Made by a program: the position numbers and the translations under genes. This document shows positions 1 to 9,704 of a stretch of 64,000 bases of DNA, in pieces. Every line of letters starts with the position of its first letter. The stretch's first letter is position 1. The stretch is taken from positions 87,926-151,925 of the forward strand of contig JAJDWE010000033.1 in NCBI GenBank assembly GCA_022825725.1, in the 5' to 3' direction. This DNA is from Gemmatimonadota bacterium (lineage in GTDB: Bacteria > Gemmatimonadota > Gemmatimonadetes > Palauibacterales > Palauibacteraceae). The notes under the pieces are model-generated. The model ran no database searches. It was given only the letters and a program-made list of their open reading frames with translations, and was not told the DNA's origin.

Positions 1-1220
1 ATCTCTTCATCCCCCTCTTCATCGTTGCGCGTCATCGCATCGACGGTCGTGGCGGCGGCCATGTGGCCGATGACGTTCGTCGCCGAGCGGAAGACGTCGG
101 GCACCCGGTCGATCCCGAGCAGGATCCCGAGTCCGGCCAGCGGCACGCCCACGACATCGAGCGCCGGCACCATCGACACGATGCTCGCGCTCGGTACCGG
201 CGCCACCGTCATCGCCGCGAGGAAGATCGCGAGCACCGCCGCGGCGATGAGCCCCGCATCGAGCGGGATCCCGTACATGGCGGCGAGGAAGACCAGCGAC
301 GCGCTCTGGAAGAGGGCGCTCCCCGGGCGGTTGATCGACGCCCCGAGCGGGAGGATCAGGGTGTAGCGGTCTCGCCGGAGCCCCAGCTTCTCCGCCTCCT
401 GCAGCATCATCGGCAGCGTGCCCACCGACGTCGTCGTGGTGAAGCCGACGGTGTACGTACCCACGGTGCCACGGATGAATCGCCCCGCCCGCATGCCGCC
501 GACGAAGCGGACCATGGGCAGCAGGACGAGACCCTTGAGGATGAAGAGGCCGACGACGACCGCGAGGATAAAGACGGCGAGGTTCTGGAGCAGCGCCATC
601 CCCGTGCGCGCGACCACGGGCGCGGCCAGGCCGAACACGCCCACGGGAGCCGTCCACAGAACCCAGTTCATGAGCTTGATGAGGGCATCGCCCGCCGTCT
701 CCGCGAATCCGGTGAGCAACTCCCGCTTCTCCCGCGGCAGCGTCGTCGTAGCCGCCGCGAGAAGGACGATGAAGATGAGGATCGAGAGCAGCGATCCGTC
801 CGCCGCCGCCTGCACCGGGTTCCTCGGCACGAGGTTCACGAGGAAGTCGATCACGCCCGGGTTGGCCGTGTTCAGCTCCGTCGTCGGGGTCGGGGGCGGC
901 ACCGGCGCCGTGAAGGTGAGCGCGAAACCCATCACGCCCATCCCGATGAGGATCGCCGGCAGGGTCGTGACCCAGAAGAACCCGACGGAAAGGCCGCCGA
1001 TCCGCCCCAGCTTGCGGAGGCTCCCGATCCGCGCCACGCCGACGAACACGACCGCGGCCACGAGGGGAATCACGACCATCTGAATCGCGCGCAGGAAGAC
1101 CTGTCCGAGCGGCGCCACGGCCTCTGCCGCGCGCAAAAGCGCCGGAGAGCCGGTAACGGAGGCGGCGACCCCGAGCCCCAGTCCAAGTGCGAGACCGATG
1201 AGAATGGCGCGAGTGTTCAC
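1..1220 (-). CDS. Sodium:dicarboxylate / amino acid:cation symporter (DAACS, GltP/DctA family). N-terminus is present and the C-terminal end runs off the left edge of the window.
   Basis: Own translation of the minus strand from GTG at 1220..1218: VNTRAILIGLALGLGLGVAASVTGSPALLRAAEAVAPLGQVFLRAIQMVVIPLVAAVVFVGVARIGSL... ...TLILPLGASINRPGSALFQSASLVFLAAMYGIPLDAGLIAA... This is typical DAACS topology and motifs. It is missing from the ORF track because it has no stop inside the window. The ATG-start ORFs listed over 19..1316 are Arg-rich out-of-frame artefacts. Confidence 0.8.
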   Translation of the reverse strand, partial: MNTRAILIGLALGLGLGVAASVTGSPALLRAAEAVAPLGQVFLRAIQMVVIPLVAAVVFVGVARIGSLRKLGRIGGLSVGFFWVTTLPAILIGMGVMGFALTFTAPVPPPTPTTELNTANPGVIDFLVNLVPRNPVQAAADGSLLSILIFIVLLAAATTTLPREKRELLTGFAETAGDALIKLMNWVLWTAPVGVFGLAAPVVARTGMALLQNLAVFILAVVVGLFILKGLVLLPMVRFVGGMRAGRFIRGTVGTYTVGFTTTTSVGTLPMMLQEAEKLGLRRDRYTLILPLGASINRPGSALFQSASLVFLAAMYGIPLDAGLIAAAVLAIFLAAMTVAPVPSASIVSMVPALDVVGVPLAGLGILLGIDRVPDVFRSATNVIGHMAAATTVDAMTRNDEEGDEE

Positions 1221-2344
1221 GTCCCTTCACCCCCTCCGGATGTCCCGGCGTTCCCCGTTTCTCGCCGCTTACGGAACGCGAGCCAGGCGCCGACGGTGAG
1301 GACGGGCAGCACGTAGTAGACGATGAACCCCCAGGTGATCGTCCCGTATCCCCGGCTGATGAGGTCGATGAGGCCGAGAGGCGTGAGGGAGAGCGCGATC
1401 CCGAGGAAGACCGCCGCGACCACCGGCCTCGCCCAACCCGGCATCCCCGCGCCCCGCTCGCGCCGCGTGACGGCGAGCCGCTCGTTCACCGCGTGGATCA
1501 TCCCCGTCCCGGTCTCGATGAGCGTGCCGAAGAGGATGACCTGGTAGGCGATCTGGAACGTCCTCGACCCGAGCGCCTCGAGGATGAAGTTCGAGGGGAC
1601 GGTCGCGTCGACGATGGCTGGGTAGTGCGGCACCATGGCGAGGTAGAAGAAGAACGCCGGCAGCATCCCGATGACGCCGGCCAGGAGGCCGGCCCACACG
1701 GCCTGGTTCCGGGTCTGGATGTGGCGCACGGTGAAGAGCGCGACGGCGGCAGCGGAGAGGTTGTAGCCTCCGTACTGGACCCCCTTCACGAGCCAGTCAC
1801 CGTTGAGACTGCTGGCGGCGAAGCTCGGGCCCAGAGTGGACCCGAAGCGCATCAGCGACCACACGACGAGCGCCACGAACACGGCGTAGAGCGCGAACGA
1901 CCAGCCGGCGAAGAAGCGCTCGATCGCGACGCTCCCGTAGAAGAGAAGCAGCGCGACCGCCCCCAGCGCCACGATCACGCCCAGCGCATACGGAAGGCCG
2001 AAGGTCTCGTCCACGATCGAGCCCGCCGCCGCCCCGATGACGGCGAGCACGAGGAGCGTGAGCAGCACGTACGTGACCTCGAACAGGACCCAGGACGGCC
2101 CGAGCAGACGCTTGAAAAAGTTGCGGTATTCGTAGCTGCGGAACTGCCGCGCGAGTTCGAACGTGACGGCGCACACCGCGCTCCAGATCGCGGTCGAAAG
2201 GGCCATGGCCCAGAGGCCCGGCGTGGGGCCGATGGAGAGGAAGAACTCGACGTTCTCCCGCCCCGTGCCGTATCCGCCGGCGATCACGGCCGACTGGAAG
2301 ACGAGCCCCGGCAGCAGATAGCGGCGAAACCAGGGAGCTTTCAC
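1217..2344 (-). CDS. Polytopic membrane protein, YkvI-like putative transporter (APC-superfamily-like).
   Basis: ORF 1217..2437 has about 10 hydrophobic helices and the motif VIAGGYGTGRENVEFF, which is typical of the YkvI membrane protein family. The likely start is GTG at 2344..2342 (VKAPWFRRYLL...), preceded by the purine-rich AGAAAGGGA. Its 4-bp overlap with the downstream symporter start suggests an operon. Confidence 0.55.
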   Translation of the reverse strand: MKAPWFRRYLLPGLVFQSAVIAGGYGTGRENVEFFLSIGPTPGLWAMALSTAIWSAVCAVTFELARQFRSYEYRNFFKRLLGPSWVLFEVTYVLLTLLVLAVIGAAAGSIVDETFGLPYALGVIVALGAVALLLFYGSVAIERFFAGWSFALYAVFVALVVWSLMRFGSTLGPSFAASSLNGDWLVKGVQYGGYNLSAAAVALFTVRHIQTRNQAVWAGLLAGVIGMLPAFFFYLAMVPHYPAIVDATVPSNFILEALGSRTFQIAYQVILFGTLIETGTGMIHAVNERLAVTRRERGAGMPGWARPVVAAVFLGIALSLTPLGLIDLISRGYGTITWGFIVYYVLPVLTVGAWLAFRKRRETGNAGTSGGGEGT

Positions 2345-2465
2345 GCTGGCGTCCCTTTCTCTCGGCCGGCCCCTGCCCCAAGGTTTCGCCCGTCGGCGAG
2401 GGGCGGCTGAACCAGGGCGCCGGGTGCCGGCGGCCACATGCGACCCGCCAAGCTAGAGAGCGGAG

Positions 2466-3821
2466 ATGGAACGAGACAGACGCGAGACGTTCGGTTCACG
2501 CTTCGGGCTCGTGGCCACGATGATCGGCGTCGCCGTCGGTCTCGGGAACGTCTGGCGCTTCCCGTACATGGTCGGCGAGTTCGGCGGGGCTCCCTTCGTG
2601 GCCTTCTACGTCTTGGCCGTGGTGCTGATCGGGGTTCCCGCGCTCATGGCGGAATGGACGCTGGGCCGGCACACCCGCCGCGGCCCGGTCGGCGCGTTCG
2701 AGTCCGGCGGTCTCCCCTTCGGCCGCGCCCTCGGCTGGATCTTCTTCGTCGGCGTCACCGCCGCCACCGGCTACTACTCGAACGCGCTCGGCTGGGTGCT
2801 GTACCATGCCCTGGCCGGGCTGCTCTCCGGCGTCGGGGTCGAGATCGACGCCGCAGCGATCCTGCCCCCGGATGAGGGGTTCTCCCTCCGCTCCTTCCTG
2901 CTGCAGTGCATCTGCACCGGCGCCGTCCTCCTCACCTGCGCCGCCGTGCTGCGGCGCGGGCTGCGGGGCGGGATCGAGAAGGCGAGCCGCTTCATCGTTC
3001 CGGCGCTCCTCGCGGGGCTCGTGATCCTCATCGCTCGCTCGCTCACGCTGCCGGGGGCGGGAGAGGGTCTCCGCTGGTACCTCGGCGCCTTCGATCCCGG
3101 CGCGCTCACGCCGCCCGTCATGCTGGGGGCGCTGGGCCAGGCGATCTTCAGCCTCTCTCTGGGCGGCACCTTCATGGTCGTGTACGGTTCCTACCTGAAC
3201 CGCGACGACCCCCTGCGCGGCAACGCGGTCTTCACCGCGGGAGGCGACCTGTGCGCCGGACTCATGGCGGGGCTCGCCATCTTCCCCGCCGTGTTCGCGT
3301 TCGGACTCGAACCGGCGAGCGGCCCCGGTCTGCTCTTCGTCACGCTGCCCGAGGTGTTCGGCCGGATCCCCGCCGGAGCCGTGTTCGGAACGCTCTTCTT
3401 CCTGGCCCTGTTCGGGGGCGCCTACCTGTCGGATGTGGCGGCGCTGGAAGTACTCGTGGCCGGGGTCACCGACAACACCGGGCTCGGCCGCTCGCGCGCG
3501 GTCACGCTGACGACCGTGGTCGTGTTCGCCTTCGCGCTGCCCCCGATGATCAACATGAACGTCTTCACGCCCTGGGACCTGACCTTCGGATCGGGCTTCC
3601 AGACGCTCGGCGCGCTGCTCTCGGTCGTCGCCGTGGGGTGGGCCCTGGACCGCTCCGAAGTGCTGCGGCAGCTGGCGGCGGGCGGGAACCGGCGCGCGAA
3701 GCGGGGCGTGCCGGCGATCTGGCTCTACTACTGGCTCCGTTTCGTGATCCCCGCCGCGATCCTCGCCGTCGGCGCCTGGTGGCTCCTCACCGACGTGCTC
3801 GGCCTCTTCGCAGGGGCGTGA
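2466..3821 (+). CDS. Neurotransmitter:sodium symporter (NSS/SNF, SLC6-like) family transporter.
   Basis: The N-terminus RETFGSRFGLVATMIGVAVGLGNVWRFPY carries the NSS signature G-N-x-W-R-F-P-Y. It is a 12-TM type protein of 451 aa. Confidence 0.9.
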   Translation: MERDRRETFGSRFGLVATMIGVAVGLGNVWRFPYMVGEFGGAPFVAFYVLAVVLIGVPALMAEWTLGRHTRRGPVGAFESGGLPFGRALGWIFFVGVTAATGYYSNALGWVLYHALAGLLSGVGVEIDAAAILPPDEGFSLRSFLLQCICTGAVLLTCAAVLRRGLRGGIEKASRFIVPALLAGLVILIARSLTLPGAGEGLRWYLGAFDPGALTPPVMLGALGQAIFSLSLGGTFMVVYGSYLNRDDPLRGNAVFTAGGDLCAGLMAGLAIFPAVFAFGLEPASGPGLLFVTLPEVFGRIPAGAVFGTLFFLALFGGAYLSDVAALEVLVAGVTDNTGLGRSRAVTLTTVVVFAFALPPMINMNVFTPWDLTFGSGFQTLGALLSVVAVGWALDRSEVLRQLAAGGNRRAKRGVPAIWLYYWLRFVIPAAILAVGAWWLLTDVLGLFAGA

Positions 3822-3846
3822 CTCCCCGAGGGCGACGGATCCCGGT

Positions 3847-5076
3847 TCAACGTTCGCCTTCCGGAGCCCGTCCCATGGCGCGCAGGAGGTCCCAGTAGTC
3901 GATCCACGCCGCGGATCGCATGGAGAGGGCGCTGAGCCGCGCGCTCCGGAAGGCGTTCGCCGCGTCGAGCAACTCCAGAAGCGACATCTCGTTCTCTCCG
4001 TACGCCGCTGTCGCCGAGGCGAGGAGCGCCTCGGCATCCGCCAACAGGCCGTCGGCTGCCGTTTCGAGACGGGCGCGACTGGAGGCATAGCGGTCCGAGG
4101 CCGTCAGGAGATCGTTCTCCGCCAACCGTCTCTGGAGGTCGAGGCGATGGGCGGCCGCGGCGCTCCGGGCGTCAGCTGCCTGCCGGTTCCCCCCTCCTCG
4201 GTTGAACAACGGCAGCGGGAGATCGAGACCCAGGCTGAGTCCCTGGAATCCGCCCTCCTGCCGTCGATATCCCAGACTGACGGTCGGATCGGGCATCCAG
4301 CCGGACCTCGCAACGGCGAGGTCGGCCTGCGCGGCGTCCAGATCCCGGGCCGCGGCCTCGAGGTCCGGCCGCTCGAGCAGCGCGCCGAGTGCGGCTTCCC
4401 GAGTCACCGGGGGCGGTAGCCCTTCCAGCCCCGCGGACGGTCCGACCTCCTCGATTCCCGTCCCGGGAAAGGTGAGCGCGGCGAGGCGCCGGCGGGCGTC
4501 GCGAGACCGGAGTTCGGCCTCCGCAACAACCTGCTCTGCCTGCACCCGTTCCAGTCGCAGCCGCCGCGTTTCGTAAGCGGAGATGTCTCCCTCCTCCAGG
4601 CGGATCTCCGCATCCTCGGCGACGTCCTGGATCACCGCCACGGCCTGCCGCGCCGTGAGTTCCGCCTCTTCCGCAAACCAGGCGAGCGCCCAGGCCTCGC
4701 GAACCTCGAAGGCGAGCCGGGTCGAGTCGCTGCGGAAACGGGCGGTGCTCGCTTCGATCGTGTGGGCGGCCGCCCGGTAGCGGGCGGCGGTCCGGCCGGG
4801 CCATTCCAGGGGTTGAAAGAGGAGCAGGTTCTCCTCCCAGTACTCGTCGCCATTCCGGTCGAGGTCGTCGCGCCTGGCCGAAAGCGACGGGTTGAACCAG
4901 GCACGAGACTGGCGCGCGACTCCCGCGATCTCGGCGGCCTCGGAGCGCGCGATCCTCAGCGCGAGGCTGTTCTCTGCGAACGCCTCGAGGGCTGCCGCGA
5001 GCGAGACTCGGCGTACGGTTTCCTGACCGAGGGTCGGGCGCGGCAGAAGGAGAAGGGCGACAAGCCCCGGAAGCAT
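3847..5076 (-). CDS. Outer membrane efflux protein (TolC/OprM/CzcC-like outer membrane factor).
   Basis: Signal peptide MLPGLVALLLLPRPTLGQ. Two repeated coiled-coil/beta-barrel halves with the characteristic SLLELLDAANAFRSARLSAL and WMPDPTVSLGY motifs of the OEP family. The start was chosen at the internal ATG that gives a signal peptide. Confidence 0.75.
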   Translation of the reverse strand: MLPGLVALLLLPRPTLGQETVRRVSLAAALEAFAENSLALRIARSEAAEIAGVARQSRAWFNPSLSARRDDLDRNGDEYWEENLLLFQPLEWPGRTAARYRAAAHTIEASTARFRSDSTRLAFEVREAWALAWFAEEAELTARQAVAVIQDVAEDAEIRLEEGDISAYETRRLRLERVQAEQVVAEAELRSRDARRRLAALTFPGTGIEEVGPSAGLEGLPPPVTREAALGALLERPDLEAAARDLDAAQADLAVARSGWMPDPTVSLGYRRQEGGFQGLSLGLDLPLPLFNRGGGNRQAADARSAAAAHRLDLQRRLAENDLLTASDRYASSRARLETAADGLLADAEALLASATAAYGENEMSLLELLDAANAFRSARLSALSMRSAAWIDYWDLLRAMGRAPEGER

Positions 5077-5262
5077 GATGTAGCGGATGTTGGATTCCCT
5101 CGTCGTGATAGCCCGGATCTCAGGGCCAACCTCACGAATCGCCGCGCCGCACAGCAAGGGCGCCCGACGTGACGAGTGACCTCGCGGGTCGGTTCGACGT
5201 CAGTCTATCGTGCCGCCGCATCTGACGTCGGTCACCCGGGCGTGATCGCCCACGCATTCCCG

Positions 5263-6684
5263 TCATCGGTCGGCGGCCTCCTCCAGCATGGCGTCCAGGG
5301 CGGTTCGGTCGAACCATTCGCCCCGCCGCACGACGCCCGCGATGCGTCGCGTGTTGCCGATCGCCTGCAACGGATTGCCCTCCAGCAGCACGAGGTCGGC
5401 CGGACTGCCCGCCACCACCATGCCGGCACCCTCCTCCCGTCCGAGGAAGCGGGCCGGGTTGACCGTGGCGCTACGCAGCGCCTCGTACGGTGAGAGACCC
5501 GCGGAGACGAGTTCCTCAAGTTCCCGATGGAGGGCGAAACCCAACGGCGGCGTGTCCGTGCCGGCCATCACGGAGGCGCCGGCGGCCACAAGGGCGCGGA
5601 TCAGGGAATCCGCCACCGCGAAACCATCCATCGCGGCCTCGAAGTCGCCCGCCGTGAAGTTGCTCATCCACGGGATCGACATGCGCTCGGTGTAGAAGCG
5701 GCGCATGTCATCCGTCATGTGCGATGCCTCTTCCGTGGCGAGATAGGCGTCGACCAGGCGGTCCGGCTTGTGGATCATGCGGACCGAGAGCGTCGGCACG
5801 TTCCACGAACCGGCCTCCAGGGTACGCTGCGCGAGCGCCGGAATTCGCGAGAGGTCCCCGTATGCCCAGGCGAGCGTTCGCGATCGCAGGTCGGGGCCGG
5901 GTTGGGCCGGCGCGTCGTCGGGCACGAGGTGCCAGATGTAGCCACGAAGGTGTTCGATGCTGGCTTGACCGGCCGCGAAGGCGCCATCGAGCCCCACCTC
6001 GAACGGAATGTGCCCGGCCACGGGGATGCCGAGTCCGCGCGCCTCGGCGACGATGCCGCGGTAGGCCGCGGCAGGCACGTTGTTGTAGACCTTGATGAAG
6101 TCGTATCCGGCCGCGTGCTGCTCCCGCACGACACGGGCGCCGTCGAGGCTGTCGCGCACGATTGCGCGCCCTGCCGTGTCGATGACGGCGGCGAACTCCG
6201 GTGGCGGCAACCCCTCGACGATGGGGCCCGCCGTGCGGATGTCCGGTCCGGCCAGTTCGCCGCTGCGGACGCTGTCGCGGAAGTCGAGCGTATGGGGGCC
6301 GCCCGAGAGGATGCGCACGCCGGTCACGCCTGTGGCCAGGAACCTCGCGAGCGCCCATGCCTCCCGGAAGTGGACGTGCATGTCGTTGAGCCCCGGGATG
6401 AGGAAGCGACCGCCGGCATCGACTCGCATGGCGTCCTCGGGGACATTCGCGGCGGCCGACGACTCGACTGCGAGCACGCGTCCGCCGCCGATCAGGACGG
6501 TCATGCCGGGGAGGACGCGCTCGCCGTCCATCGGGATGACCGAGACGTCCTCTATCGCCAGCGTCACCCGCGCGGGAGCCGATCCGGCGTCGGGGCTGCA
6601 GGCCAGGAGCGACGCCAGCACCGGAAACCCCACGGCCAGGGACACGTGGCGGCGGAGCATCATGGCCGCGACCGGAACGCTCAT
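5263..6684 (-). CDS. Amidohydrolase-superfamily metal-dependent hydrolase, lipoprotein.
   Basis: Lipoprotein signal MSVPVAAMMLRRHVSLAVGFPVLASLLAC. DMHVHF (HxH metal ligands), GVTGVR, a later H and the C-terminal VMAGTDTP motif are typical of the amidohydrolase fold. Confidence 0.75.
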   Translation of the reverse strand: MSVPVAAMMLRRHVSLAVGFPVLASLLACSPDAGSAPARVTLAIEDVSVIPMDGERVLPGMTVLIGGGRVLAVESSAAANVPEDAMRVDAGGRFLIPGLNDMHVHFREAWALARFLATGVTGVRILSGGPHTLDFRDSVRSGELAGPDIRTAGPIVEGLPPPEFAAVIDTAGRAIVRDSLDGARVVREQHAAGYDFIKVYNNVPAAAYRGIVAEARGLGIPVAGHIPFEVGLDGAFAAGQASIEHLRGYIWHLVPDDAPAQPGPDLRSRTLAWAYGDLSRIPALAQRTLEAGSWNVPTLSVRMIHKPDRLVDAYLATEEASHMTDDMRRFYTERMSIPWMSNFTAGDFEAAMDGFAVADSLIRALVAAGASVMAGTDTPPLGFALHRELEELVSAGLSPYEALRSATVNPARFLGREEGAGMVVAGSPADLVLLEGNPLQAIGNTRRIAGVVRRGEWFDRTALDAMLEEAADR

Positions 6685-6845
6685 CTGTCTCCATCTGCTG
6701 CTGACGGCCGGAATCGAATGCCGATTCACACTACGTGATGTTCGGAGAGGGGTCACGCCCCGATGAGATGCCGCGCACCTGTCGAGGGCGGCGGCGTTCG
6801 TCCGCCGCTGATGCTCCGCCCGCGGGTCGACGCTAGATTGGACAT

Positions 6846-9260
6846 ATGCACCCGCACGAACTGACGCCCGCACAGCGCGCGGCCGCCGAAGATCCGGACC
6901 GGCTTCCGAGGCTCGCCGACGCCGAGTTCACGGCGCTGGGCCGCCGCGCGCGCCGCGTAGAAGGGCTGCGCAAGTCGACCGGCCGCGAGATCTACACGGA
7001 CGACATCGTCCTGCCGGGGATGCTGCACGGGAAGATCCTCCGCTCCACGGAGGCGCACGCCCGGATCGTGTCCATCGACTCGGCCGAAGCCGAGGCCCTC
7101 GAAGGCGTGCACGGCGTCATCACCGGGCGGGATCTGCCGACGCCGTACGGGATCATCCCATGGACCCGCGACGAGCACGCGCTCTGCGTCGACAAGGTGC
7201 GTTTCATCGGCGACGCGGTGGCGGCGGTGGCGGCCGTCGACGAGGACACGGCGAACACGGCGCTCGAGCGGATTCACGTCGAGTACGCGCCGCTTCCCGT
7301 CTATCTCTCGCCGGAGGAATCGCTGACGCCCGAGGCCGCCGCGGAGCCCATCCACGCGCCTCGCAAGCCGGGGGCGAACGGCAACATCCTCAAGCACGTC
7401 CACCTCGAGTTCGGGGACGTGGACGCGCACATGGCGGAAGCGGACGTCACCATCGAGGGGGAGTACTTCTTCCACGGGACGACGCACACGCCGATCGAAC
7501 CCCACTGCGCGATCTCCCGACTCAACCCGGATGGCGTGCTCGAGGTGTGGTCCTCGACGCAGGTTCCGCACTACCTGCAGCGGGAGCTGGCGCGGGTGCT
7601 CGACCACGACGTGGCGAAGGTGCGGGTCGCGCAGCCGGCCGTGGGCGGGGCCTTCGGCGGCAAGTCCGAGCCATTCGATCTCGAGTTCTGCGTCGCGCTC
7701 CTCGCGATGCGGACGGGCCGTCCGGTGAAGATCCTCTACACGCGCGAAGAACTCTTCTACTCGCACCGCGGCCGCCACCCCATGCGCATGAAGTACCGGC
7801 TCGGCGCCTCGCGCGGCGGGAAGCTTCGGGCGCTCGACGCCCACACGATCCTGGACGGCGGCGCCTATGCCTAGTTCGGCCTCGTGACGACGTACTACTC
7901 GGGACAGCTCCTCACCGCGCCCTGCCATATCGAGTCCTACCGTTTCGACTCGACGCGCGTGTACACGAACGTCGCCCCGTGCGGCCCCAAGCGCGGCCAC
8001 GGTTCCGTGCAGCCGCGCTTCGCGTACGAGATCTCGCTCGACAAGCTGGCCGGGAAGCTCGGCCTCGACCCGTTCGAACTCCGTCGCCGCAACTTCATGG
8101 GCACGGGTCGGACGGTAAACGAGTTCAAGGTCCGGTCGAACGGTTTCCTGGAGTGCCTGGAGGCAGTCGAGCGGGCCAGCGACTGGAAGACACGCTACAG
8201 GCGGCTGCCGACAGGTCGCGGCCTCGGGATGGCCGCCTCCTCCTACATCTCCGGCACGAACTACCCCATCTATCCGAACGAGATGCCCCAGGCCGCGGTG
8301 CAGGTGCAGATCGAGCGCTCCGGCCGGGTGGCGATCCTGCACGGCGCCTCGGAGATCGGGCAGGGTTCCGATTCCACCATGGCCTATATCGCGTGCGAGG
8401 AACTCGGCGTCCCGCTCGAATACGTGCGCGTTTTCTCCGCTGACACGGACCTCACGCCGGTGGACCTGGGGGCCTACTCCTCGCGCGAGACCGTGATGGT
8501 GGGAAACGCCTGTCTCGAGGCCTGCCGCGCGCTTCGAGCGCAGGTGACGGAGGCGGTCGGGGAGGTCTGGGGCGTGGCGGCCGGCCGGGTGCGTCTGGCG
8601 CGGGGCTGGGCCTTCGACGTCGAAACCGCGGAGGACTCCGACCGCCGCATCCCTCTCTCGGAGGCGTTCAACATCGCCGAGGCGAAGTTCGGCCTGCTGG
8701 GCGCGGTCGGCTCCTACGACACGCCGAAGGATGTCCACGGCGAGTACCGCGGCGGCACGATCGGATCGTCGCCCGCCTATTCCTTCACGGCGCACGTGGC
8801 CGAAGTCGAGGTCGAAGAGGACACGGGGGTCGTCGACGTGAAGGACATCTGGGTGGCGCACGACTGCGGCCGCGCGCTCAATCCCGTGCTCGTCGAAGGC
8901 CAGATCGAGGGCTCCGCCTACATGGGATTCGCGGAGGCGATCTTCGAGGAACAGCTCTTCCGCGAGGGAGAGGTGGAGGGAGGGCTGCACACGTCGCCGT
9001 CGCTGCTGGACTACCGGATCCCCACTTCCATGGACTGCCCCGAGTTCGAGGCGCTCATCGTCGAGTCGGTGGATCCGGAAGGCCCCTACGGCGCGAAGGA
9101 GGCGGGGGAGGGCCCGCTCCACCCCTCGCTCCCCGCGATCGCGAACGCGATATACGACGCGGTGGGAGTGAGGATCGACGAGCTCCCGTTCACGCCGCAG
9201 CGCGTGTGGAGGACCCTGCGCGCGCACGCCGCCGCCGCGAGCCGCGAGGACGTGGCCTGA
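6846..9260 (+). pseudogene. Xanthine dehydrogenase / aldehyde oxidase / CoxL-family molybdopterin-binding large subunit, interrupted by a single in-frame TAG at 7872..7874.
   Basis: ORFs 6846..7874 and 7884..9260 are in the same frame (both coordinates mod 3 = 0). Together they make one collinear Mo-hydroxylase large subunit: a/b-hammerhead N-domain, then ...ILDGGAYA*FGLVTTYYSGQ..., then the MoCo domains with GSVQPRFAYE, AEVEVEEDTGVVDVKDIWVAHDCGRALNP and EAGEGPL. No adjacent 2Fe-2S or FAD subunits are present. Confidence 0.8.
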
Positions 9261-9282
9261 ACCCGTCGCGCACCACGCCGGC

Positions 9283-9702
9283 ATGAGGCAGTTCGTCCGA
9301 CAACTCGGCGTCGAGACGCGGGGGAAGGGCCTGTACGAGATCACCCGGCCCGTCCTCGAGTGGGCGGCCGGGCTCGAGATCGAGACGGGCATGCTCACCG
9401 TCTACATCCGCCACACGTCGGCGTCGCTCACGATCCAGGAGAACGCGGACCCGGACGTCCTCCACGACCTCTCGAACTTCTTCGCCCGTCTCGTTCCCGA
9501 AGGCGACCGCCACTACCGGCACACGATGGAGGGGTCGGATGACATGCCGGCGCACATCCGGTCGGCCCTGACCCAGACGCACCTGGCCGTCCCGGTGCTC
9601 GACGGAGCGCCGGCTCTCGGAACCTGGCAGGGGCTCTTCCTCTTCGAGCATCGGACCCGCCCCCACCGGCGAACGGTCGTGCTGCATATCCTCGGGGAAT
9701 AG
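9283..9702 (+). CDS. YjbQ/UPF0047 family protein (secondary thiamine-phosphate synthase-like).
   Basis: 139 aa. GMLTVYIRHTSASLTIQENADPDV...DMPAHIRSAL matches the UPF0047 pattern. Confidence 0.7.
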   Translation: MRQFVRQLGVETRGKGLYEITRPVLEWAAGLEIETGMLTVYIRHTSASLTIQENADPDVLHDLSNFFARLVPEGDRHYRHTMEGSDDMPAHIRSALTQTHLAVPVLDGAPALGTWQGLFLFEHRTRPHRRTVVLHILGE

Positions 9703-9704
9703 AC

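Noticed and set aside
19-1316. ORFs 19..1230 (-) and 63..1316 (+), about 400 aa each, at the left edge.
   Set aside because: Both are Arg/His/Asp-rich nonsense in frames other than that of the real DAACS symporter, complement(1..1220).
2496-4088. 530-aa minus-strand ORF overlapping the NSS transporter and TolC-like genes.
   Set aside because: It is an Arg/Glu/Pro-rich antisense artefact. The NSS gene on the plus strand has an unmistakable GNVWRFPY signature.
7872-7874. The in-frame TAG in the Mo-hydroxylase as pyrrolysine or programmed recoding.
   Set aside because: There is no pylTSBCD or other recoding context in the window. The position corresponds to an ordinary Ser/Tyr in homologs, so a nonsense mutation or sequencing error is more parsimonious.
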